Origin: Utricularia gibba
Taxonomy: Eukaryota; Plantae; Magnoliophyta
Length of the DNA stretch: 35,480 nucleotides
Assembly (NCBI GenBank): GCA_002189035.1
Contig: NEEC01000152.1
Span: forward strand, 1 to 35,480
Direction: 5' to 3'
Part shown: in pieces, positions 13,325 to 22,344 of the stretch
Layout of the letters: the number at the start of each line of letters is the position of its first letter
How positions within the stretch are numbered: the stretch's first letter is position 1
Position numbers and translations under genes: made by a program
Notes under the pieces: model-generated
What the model saw: the letters and a program-made list of their open reading frames with translations, nothing else
Databases searched by the model: none
What the model was told of the DNA's origin: nothing

Positions 13325-16300
13325 CAAATAAGTATAAAGTAAGTTGTTGAAAAAATCATCACTTTATTTAAACAAATGCCGGACTAAAAACCATGTAGGC
13401 TAACATCACTCGGGCAAGCCAAACCTTACCTTTGTCCCGTTCCAGGTGCACCCAAAGACCGCCTGCTCAAGTATAAAGTAAGTTGTTGAAAAAATCATGT
13501 GGGGTGCACGTGATATCGCAATTTAAACAAATGCAACATTGTATTCATCGATTTGCATCCTTTTGTCCTCATGAGCCATAAAGAATCGCGGACCAAGTTC
13601 CCGGACCACAGTGTTCCTAGTAGGCAACACCGAAAACCGAACGTTAATAAATACATCACTTTCTTTGCCGGGCTACAACTTACTTTGGGCCAAGGCCTAA
13701 GCTGATCTTTTTCCGGTTCCAAGTTTCTCGTATAAAGTAAGTCATGTGGGGTGCACGTGACATCATAATTTAAACAAATGGATCATTTTTTTTAATCGAT
13801 TTGCATCCAGTTGACCTCATGAGATACAGAATCGGGGTCAAGGACCAAGTTCCCAGCGAGACTGGCCGCCACAAACGAGAAGCGGTCATGTGGGGTGCAC
13901 GTGATATCGCAAGCGGGCCCGGACCAAGTTCCTATGGCCGCCACAAAACGAGAAGCTGTTCCTTGAAAAACCATGTAGGCAACACCGAAAACCGAACGTT
14001 AATAAATACATCACTTTCTTTGCCGGGCTACAACTAGGTATGACATGTGGAATCGGGGTCAAGGACCAAGTTCCCAGCGAGACTGTTAATGTTACATCAC
14101 TTTCTAAACTTCATGTAGCTACTCAAGTATAAAGTAAGTTGTTGAAAAAATCATGTGGGGTGCACGTGATACTTTGGGCCATGAGGCCTAAGACTGATCT
14201 TTTTGCACAGCCAAGTGCCTTAAAGACCGCCTTCTCAAGTATAAAGTAAGTTGTTGAAAAAATCATGTGGGGTGCACGTGACATCATAATTTAAACAAAT
14301 GGATCATTTTTTTTAATCGATTTGCATCCAGTTGACCTCATGAGCCATACAGAATCGGGGTCAAGGACCAAGTTCCCAGCGAGACTGGCCGCCACAAAAC
14401 GAGAAGCGGTTCCTTGAAAAACCATGTAGGCAGCCCCGAAAACCGAACGATAATAAATACATCACTTTATTTGCCGGACTACAACTAACTCTCGGTGCAA
14501 GCCAAACCTTACCTTTGTCCCGTTCCAGGTGCACCCAAAGACCGCCTGCTCAAGTATAAAGTAAGTGTTGAAAAAATCATGTGGGGTGCACGTGATATCG
14601 CAATTTAAACAAATGCAACATTGTATTCATCGATTTGCATCCTTTTGTCCTCATGAGCCATAAAGAATCGCGGGCCCGGACCAAGTTCCTAGCGAGACTG
14701 GCCGCCACAAAACGAGAAGCTGTTCCTTGAAAAACCATGTAGGCAACACCGAAAACCGAACGTTAATAAATACATCACTTTCTTTGCCGGGCTACAACTT
14801 ACTTTGGGCCAAGGCCTAAGCTGATCTTTTTCCGGTTCCAAGTGCACCCAAGACCGCCTTCTCACATGTGGGGTGCACGTGACATCATAATTTAAACAAA
14901 TGATCATTTTTTTAATCGATTTGCATCCAGTTGACCTCATGAGCCATACAGAATCGGGGTCAAGGACCAAGTTCCCAGCGAGACTGGCCGCCACAAACGA
15001 GAAGCGGTTCCTTGAAAAACCATGTAGGCAGCCCCCGAAAACCGAACGATAATAAATACATCACTTTATTTGCCGGACTACAACTAACTCTCGTGCAAGC
15101 CAAACCTTACCTTTGTCCCGTTCCAGGTGCACCCAAAGACCGCCTGCTCAAGTATAAAGTAAGTTGTTGAAAAAATCATGTGGGGTGCACGTGATATCGC
15201 AATTTAAACAAATGCAACATTGTATTCATCGATTTGCATCCTTTTGTCCTCATGAGCCATAAAGAATCGCGGGCCCGGACCAAGTTCCTAGCGAGACTGG
15301 CCGCCACAAAACGAGAAGCTGTTCCTTGAAAAACCATGTAGGCAACACCGAAAACCGAACGTTAATAAATACATCACTTTCTTTGCCGGGCTACAACTTA
15401 CTTTGGGCCAAGGCCTAAGCTGATCTTTTTCCGGTTCCAAGTGCGACCGGTATAAAGTAAGTTGTTAAAAAATCATGTGGGGTGCACGTGACATCATAAT
15501 TTAAACAAATGGATCATTTTTTTTAATCGATTTGCATCCAGTTGACCTCATGAGCCATACAGAATCGGGGTCAAGGACCAAGTTCCCAGCGAGACTGGCC
15601 GCCACAAAACGAGAAGCGGTTCCTTGAAAAACCATGTAGGCAGCCCCCGAAAACCGAACGATAATAAATACATCACTTTATTTGCCGGACTACAACTACT
15701 TTGGCCAAGTCCCGTAACCTGACAACGTGATATCGCAATTTAAACAAATGCAACATTGTATTCATCGATTTGCATCCTTTTGTCCTCATGAGCCATAAAG
15801 AATCGCGGCCTTCCTGCAGAGTGTGATCATTAAGAGTACTGAAAAAGATCTCATGTCATGTGGGGTGCACGTGACATCATAATTTAAACAAATGCATCAT
15901 TTTTTTTAATCGATTTGCATCCAGTTGACCTCATGAGCCATACAGAATCGGGGTCAAGGACCAAGTTCCCAGCGAGACTGGCCGCCACAAACGAGAAGCG
16001 GTTCCTTGAAAAACCATGTAGGCAGCCCCCGAAAACCGAACGATAATAAATACATCACTTTATTTGCCGGACAACTAACTTCCTAGCGAGACTGGCCGCC
16101 ACAAAACGAGAAGCTGTTCCTTGAAAAACCATGTAGGCAACACCGAAAACCGAACGTTAATAAATACATCACTTTCTTTGCCGGGCTACAACTTACTTTG
16201 GGCCAAGGCCTAAGCTGACCAGGTGCACCCAAAGACCGCCTGCTCAAGTATAAAGTAAGTTGTTGAAAAAAATCATGTGGGGTGCACGTGATATCATGTG

Positions 16301-16890
16301 GGGTGCACGTGATTTAAACAAATGCAACATTGTATTCATCGATTTGCATCCTTTTGTCCTCATGAGCCATAAAGAATCGCGGGCCCGGACCAAGTTCCTA
16401 GCGAGACTGGCCGCCACAAAACGAGAAGCTGTTCCTTGAAAAACCATGTAGGCAACACCGAAAACCGAACGTTAATAAATACATCACTTTCTTTGCCGGG
16501 CTACAACTTACTTTGGGCCAAGGCCTAAGCTGATCTTTTTCCGGTTCCAAGTGCACCCAAAGACCGCCTTCTCAATCCAACATCCGGATTGATTTGCAAG
16601 TTGAATCCCAGAATCGGGGTCAAGGACCAAGTTCCTTGACATGTAGTAATAAAGTAAGAAGCTTACCTTTGAAAAAGACCATCATGTGGGGTGCACGTGA
16701 CGCATCCAACATTGTATGACAATGAGCCATAAATATCATTTTCCTTTTTGCCGGACTTACAAGAAGCCTTGGGTTAAGTACCTTGAGCCATGTGAGGGGG
16801 TCATTCCTGACATCAAGTAAGCCCCGAAAACCGAACGATAATTAAGTTGCCGGACTCAAAAAATGCAAGATGCATCACGTGATACCCTCA
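13325..16890 (+). other. Second zone of scrambled or truncated monomers (probable low-quality sequence)
   Basis: Patches near 13325-13420, 13590-13625, 13885-13935, 14035-14225, 15720-15860 and 16575-16890 are mosaics of short satellite words out of order. Confidence 0.75.
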
Positions 16891-19800
16891 TGAGCCATAC
16901 AGAATCGGGGTCAAGGACCAAGTTCCCAGCGAGACTGGCCGCCACAAAACGAGAAGCGGTTCCTTGAAAAACCATGTAGGCAGCCCCCGAAAACCGAACG
17001 ATAATAAATACATCACTTTATTTGCCGGACTACAACTAACTCTGCAAGCCAAACCTTACCTTTGTCCGTTCCAGGTGCACCCAAAGACCGCCTGCTCAAG
17101 TATAAAGTAAGTTGTTGAAAAAATCATGTGGGGTGCACGTGATATCGCAATTTAAACAAATGCAACATTGTATTCATCGATTTGCATCCTTTTGTCCTCA
17201 TGAGCCATAAAGAATCGCGGGCCCGGACCAAGTTCCTAGCGAGACTGGCCGCCACAAAACGAGAAGCTGTTCCTTGAAAAACCATGTAGGCAACACCGAA
17301 AACCGAACGTTAATAAATACATCACTTTCTTTGCCGGGCTACAACTTACTTTGGGCCAAGGCCTAAGCTGATCTTTTTCCGGTTCCAAGTGCACCCAAAG
17401 ACCGCCTTCTCAAGTATAAAGTAAGTTGTTGAAAAAATCATGTGGGGTGCACGTGACATCATAATTTAAACAAATGGATCATTTTTTTTAATCGATTTGC
17501 ATCCAGTTGACCTCATGAGCCATACAGAATCGGGGTCAAGGACCAAGTTCCCAGCGAGACTGGCCGCCAAAACGAGAAGCGGTTCCTTGAAAAACCATGT
17601 AGGCAGCCCCCGAAAACCGAACGATAATAAATACATCACTTTATTTGCCGGACTACAACTAAAAGCCAAACCTTACCTTTGTGTTCCAGGTGCACCCAAA
17701 GACCGCCTCCTCAAGTATAAAGTAAGTTGTTGAAAAAATCATGTGGGGTGCACGTGATATCGCAATTTAAACAAATGCAACATTGTATTCATCGATTTGC
17801 ATCCTTTTGTCCTCATGAGCCATAAAGAATCGCGGGCGGACCAAGTTCCTAGCGAGACTGGCCGCCACAAAACGAGAAGCTGTTCCTTGAAAAACCATGT
17901 AGGCAACACCGAAAACCGAACGATAATAAATACATCACTTTATTTGCCGGAGGGCCAAACCTTAAAGTGCACCCAAAGACCGCCTGCTCAAGTATAAAGT
18001 AAGTTGTTGAAAAAATCATGTGGGGTGCACGTGATATCGCAATTTAAACAAATGCAACATTGTATTCATCGATTTGCATCCTTTTGTCCTCATGAGCCAT
18101 AAAGAATCGCGGGCCCGGACCAAGTTCCTAGCGAGACTGGCCGCCACAAAACGAGAAGCTGTTCCTTGAAAAACCATGTAGGCAACACCGAAAACCGAAC
18201 GTTAATAAATACATCACTTTCTTTGCCGGGCTACAACTTACTTTGGGCCAAGGCCTAAGCTGATCTTTTTCCGGTTCCAAGTGCACCCAAAGACCGCCTT
18301 CTCAAGTATAAAGTAAGTTGTTGAAAAAAATCATGTGGGGTGCACGTGACATCTAATTTAAACAAATGGATCATTTTTTTAATCGATTTGCATCCAGTTG
18401 ACCTCATGAGCCATACAGAATCGGGGTCAAGGACCAAGTTCCCAGCGAGACTGGCCGCCACAAAACGAGAAGCGGTTCCTTGAAAAACCATGTAGGCAGC
18501 CCCAAAACCGAACGATAATAAATACATCACTTTATTTGCCGGACTACAACTAACTGGGCAAGCCTGCACCTTTTTCCCGTTCCAAGTGCACCCAAGACCG
18601 CCTCCTCATTATAAAGTAAGTTGTTAAAAAAATCATGTGGGGTGCACGTGATATCGCAATTTAAACAAATGCAACATTTTTTTCATCGATTTGCATCCTT
18701 TTGTCCTCATGAGCCATAAAGAATCGCGGGCCCGGACCAAGTTCCTAGCGAGACTGGCCGCCACAAAACGAGAAGCTGTTCCTTGAAAAACCATGTAGGC
18801 AACACCGAAAACCGAACGTTAATAAATACATCACTTTCTTTGCCGGGCTACAACTTACTTTGGGCCAAGGCCTAAGCTGATCTTTTTCCGGTTCCAAGTG
18901 CCCCCAAGACCGCCTTCTCAAGTATAAAGTAAGTTGTTAAAAAAATCATGTGGGGTGCACGTGACATCATAATTTAAACAAATGGATCATTTTTTTTAAT
19001 CGATTTGCATCCAGTTGACCTCATGAGCCATACAGAATCGGGGTCAAGGACCAAGTTCCCAGCGAGACTGGCCGCCACAAACGAGAAGCGGTTCCTTGAA
19101 AAACCATGTAGGCAGCCCCGAAAACCGAACGATAATAAATACATCACTTTATTTGCCGGACTACAACTAACTCTTGCAAGCCAAACCTTACCTTTGTCCC
19201 GTTCCAGTGCACCCAAAGACCGCCTTCTCAAGTATAAAGTAAGTTGTTGAAAAAATCATGTGGGGTGCACGTGATATCGCAATTTAAACAAATGCAACAT
19301 TGTATTCATCGATTTGCATCCTTTTGTCCTCATGAGCCATAAAGAATCGCGGCCCGGACCAAGTTCCTAGCGAGACTGGCCGCCACAAAACGAGAAGCTG
19401 TTCCTTGAAAAACCATGTAGGCAACACCGAAAACCGAACGTTAATAAATACATCACTTTCTTTGCCGGGCTACAACTTACTTTGGGCCAAGGCCTAAGCT
19501 GATCTTTTTCCGGTTCCAAGTGCACCCAAAGACCGCCTTCTCAAGTATAAAGTAAGTTGTTGAAAAAATCATGTGGGGTGCACGTGACATATAATTTAAA
19601 CAAATGGATCATCGATTTGCATCCATTGACCTCATGAGCCATAAGAATCGGGGTGGACCAAGTTCCTAGCGAGACTGGCCGCCACAAAACGAGAAGCGTT
19701 CCTTGAAAAACCATGTAGGCAGGAAAACCGAACGTAATAAATACATCACTTTCTTTGCCGGGCTACAACTTACTTTGGGCCAAGGCCTAAGCTGATTTTT

Positions 19801-21714
19801 CCGGTCCAAGTGCCCCCAAGACCGCCTCCTCAAGTATAAAGTAAGTTGTTAAAAAAATCATGTGGGGTGCACGTGACATCATAATTTAAACAAATGCATC
19901 ATTTTTTTTAATCGATTTGCATCCAGTTGACCTCATGAGCCATACAGAATCGGGGTCAAGGACCAAGTTCCCAGCGAGACTGGCCGCCACAAAACGAGAA
20001 GCGGTTTCCTTGAAAAACCATGTAGGCAGCCCCCGAAAACCGAACGATAATAAATACATCACTTTATTTGCCGGACTACAACTAACTCTCGGTGCAAGCC
20101 AAACCTTACCTTTGTCCCGTTCCAGGTGCACCCAAAGACCGCCTGCTCAAGTATAAAGTAAGTTGTTGAAAAAATCATGTGGGGTGCACGTGATATCGCA
20201 ATTTAAACAAATGCAACATTGTATTCATCGATTTGCATCCTTTTGTCCTCATGAGCCATAAAGAATCGCGGGCCCGGACCAAGTTCCTAGCGAGACTGGC
20301 CGCCACAAAACGAGAAGCTGTTCCTTGAAAAACCATGTAGGCAACACCGAAAACCGAACGTTAATAAATACATCACTTTCTTTGCCGGGCTACAACTTAC
20401 TTTGGGCCAAGGCCTAAGCTGATCTTTTTCCGGTTCCAAGTGCACCCAAAGACCGCCTTCTCAAGTATAAAGTAAGTTGTTGAAAAAATCATGTGGGGTG
20501 CACGTGACATCATAATTTAAACAAATGGATCATTTTTTTTAATCGATTTGCATCCAGTTGACCTCATGAGCCATACAGAATCGGGGTCAAGGACCAAGTT
20601 CCCAGCGAGACTGGCCGCCACAAAACGAGAAGCGGTTCCTTGAAAAACCATGTAGGCAGCCCCCGAAAACCGAACGATAATAAATACATCACTTTATTTG
20701 CCGGACTACAACTAACTCTCAAGGCAAGCTGACCTTTTCCGTCCAGTGCACCCAAGACCGCCTCCTCAAGTATAAAGTAAGTTGTTAAAAAAAATCATGT
20801 GGTGCACGTGATATCGCAATTTAAACAAATGCAGATTTGCATCCTTTGTCCTCATGAGCCATAAAGAATCGCGGGCCCGGACCAAGTTCCTAGCGAGACT
20901 GGCCGCCACAAAACGAGAAGCTGTTCCTTGAAAAACCATGTAGGCAACACCGAAAACCGAACGTTAATAAATACATCACTTTCTTTGCCGGGCTACAACT
21001 TACTTTGGGCCAAGGCCTAAGCTGATCTTTTTCCGGTTCCAAGTGCACCCAAAGACCGCCTTCTCAAGTATAAAGTAAGTTGTTGAAAAATCATGTGGGG
21101 TGCACGTGACATCATAATTTAAACAAATGGATCATTTTTTTTAATCGATTTGCATCCAGTTGACCTCATGAGCCATACAGAATCGGGGTCAAGGACCAAG
21201 TTCCCAGCGAGACTGGCCGCCACAAAACGAGAAGCGGTTCCTTGAAAAACCATGTAGGCAGCCCCGAAAACCGAACGATAATAAATACATCACTTTATTT
21301 GCCGGACTACAACTAACTTTGGGCAAGCCAAACCTTACCTTTTCCGTTCCAGTGCACCCAAAGACCGCCTGCTCAAGTATAAAGTAAGTTGTTGAAAAAA
21401 TCATGTGGGGTGCACGTGATATCGCAATTTAAACAAATGCAACATTGTATTCATCGATTTGCATCCTTTTGTCCTCATGAGCCATAAAGAATCGCGGGCC
21501 CGGACCAAGTTCCTAGCGAGACTGGCCGCCACAAAACGAGAAGCTGTTCCTTGAAAAACCATGTAGGCAACACCGAAAACCGAACGTTAATAAATACATC
21601 ACTTTCTTTGCCGGGCTACAACTTACTTTGGGCCAAGGCCTAAGCTGATCTTTTTCCGGTTCCAAGTGCACCCAAAGACCGCCTTCTCAAGTATAAAGTA
21701 AGTTGTTGAAAAAA

Positions 21715-21873
21715 TCATGTGGGGTGCACGTGACATCATAATTTAAACAAATGGATCATTTTTTTTAATCGATTTGCATCCAGTTGACCTCATGAGCCAT
21801 ACAGAATCGGGGTCAAGGACCAAGTTCCCAGCGAGACTGGCCGCCACAAAACGAGAAGCGGTTCCTTGAAAAA
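21715..21873 (+). repeat. First cryptic half-unit (159 bp) of monomer A
   Basis: Begins TCATGTGGGGTGC and ends GTTCCTTGAAAAA. Aligns co-linearly with 21874-22030 at about 83/159 identities with two gaps. Confidence 0.8.
21727..21734 (-). promoter_or_regulatory. E-box/G-box, RTCACGTG on the minus strand, once per monomer (sequence motif only; function unknown)
   Basis: CACGTGAC in A (21727-21734) and CACGTGAT in B (22043-22050) read GTCACGTG and ATCACGTG on the minus strand. There is no evidence of binding. Confidence 0.3.
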
Positions 21874-22030
21874 CCATGTAGGCAGCCCCCGAAAACCGAA
21901 CGATAATAAATACATCACTTTATTTGCCGGACTACAACTAACTCTCGGTGCAAGCCAAACCTTACCTTTGTCCCGTTCCAGGTGCACCCAAAGACCGCCT
22001 GCTCAAGTATAAAGTAAGTTGTTGAAAAAA
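21874..22030 (+). repeat. Second cryptic half-unit (157 bp) of monomer A
   Basis: Begins CCATGTAGGCAGC and ends GTTGTTGAAAAAA. Shares co-linear motifs with the first half: AAAT..ATCA.TTT.TTT, AGCCA.AC, CCA.GT, AGAC.G.C.GC. Confidence 0.8.
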
Positions 22031-22344
22031 TCATGTGGGGTGCACGTGATATCGCAATTTAAACAAATGCAACATTGTATTCATCGATTTGCATCCTTTT
22101 GTCCTCATGAGCCATAAAGAATCGCGGGCCCGGACCAAGTTCCTAGCGAGACTGGCCGCCACAAAACGAGAAGCTGTTCCTTGAAAAACCATGTAGGCAA
22201 CACCGAAAACCGAACGTTAATAAATACATCACTTTCTTTGCCGGGCTACAACTTACTTTGGGCCAAGGCCTAAGCTGATCTTTTTCCGGTTCCAAGTGCA
22301 CCCAAAGACCGCCTTCTCAAGTATAAAGTAAGTTGTTGAAAAAA
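22031..22344 (+). repeat. Monomer type B (314 bp), reference copy
   Basis: Diagnostic alleles: GATATCGC, ATGCAACATTGTATTC, CCTTTTGTCC, GCGGGCCCGG, CCTAG, GCTG, GGCAACACCG, GTTAAT, GGGCTAC, AACTTACTTTGGGCCAAGGCCTAAGC, GCCTTC. Confidence 0.97.
22248..22336. repeat. Perfect 12-bp inverted repeat with 65-bp spacer, present in each intact B monomer
   Basis: ACAACTTACTTT (22248-22259) is the exact reverse complement of AAAGTAAGTTGT (22325-22336). The left arm in A (ACAACTAACTCT) matches 10/12. Confidence 0.92.

Larger units (their letters stand above)
21715..22030 (+). repeat. Monomer type A (316 bp), reference copy
   Basis: Diagnostic alleles: GACATCAT, ATGGATC-T8, CCAGTTGACC, GGGGTCAAGG, CCCAG, GCGG, GGCAGCCCCCG, GATAAT, GGACTAC, AACTAACTCTCGGTGCAAGCCAAACC, GCCTGC. 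Hand-counted GC is 142/316 (45%). Confidence 0.97.
21715..22344 (+). repeat. Representative intact 630-bp higher-order unit (A+B)
   Basis: 316-bp A followed by 314-bp B. The next unit, starting at 22345, is essentially identical. Confidence 0.97.

Noticed and set aside
21888-21900. CENP-B box-like CCCG...CGAA (TTCG...CGGG on the minus strand)
   Set aside because: The spacing between TTCG and CGGG is 5 nt rather than the required 7, and the central A is missing.
21727-21900. Yeast-type point centromere (CDEI plus CCGAA)
   Set aside because: The CDEI-like site and CCGAA are on opposite strands, with no ~80-bp >90% AT CDEII and no CDEIII context.
21936-22019. Splice-like arrangement in A: CTAAC, pyrimidine tract, CAG, 32-nt 'exon', GTAAGT; tandem-exon gene hypothesis
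   Set aside because: An earlier AG lies between branch point and acceptor, and B has only a weak AAG acceptor. The one open spliced frame (32+31 nt) would read homologous exons in different frames, and an open 21-codon unit is likely by chance.
22142-22185. tRNA/SINE-like Pol III boxes (TAGCGAGACTGG; G(G/T)TTCC)
   Set aside because: Both deviate from the A-box and B-box consensus, the spacing is too short, and no cloverleaf is evident.
22219-22338. Functional 5S rRNA gene array
   Set aside because: The period is plausible, but identity to 5S is only about 35% over 120 nt, box C lacks GGATGGG, and there are no 5S termini. Only the block-spacing coincidence is kept as a tentative finding.
21715-22344. 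Helically phased A-tracts (intrinsic curvature)
   Set aside because: A/T tracts are numerous, but their spacing by eye is irregular (about 13 bp in places). A 10-11-bp phase cannot be supported without a curvature or Fourier calculation.
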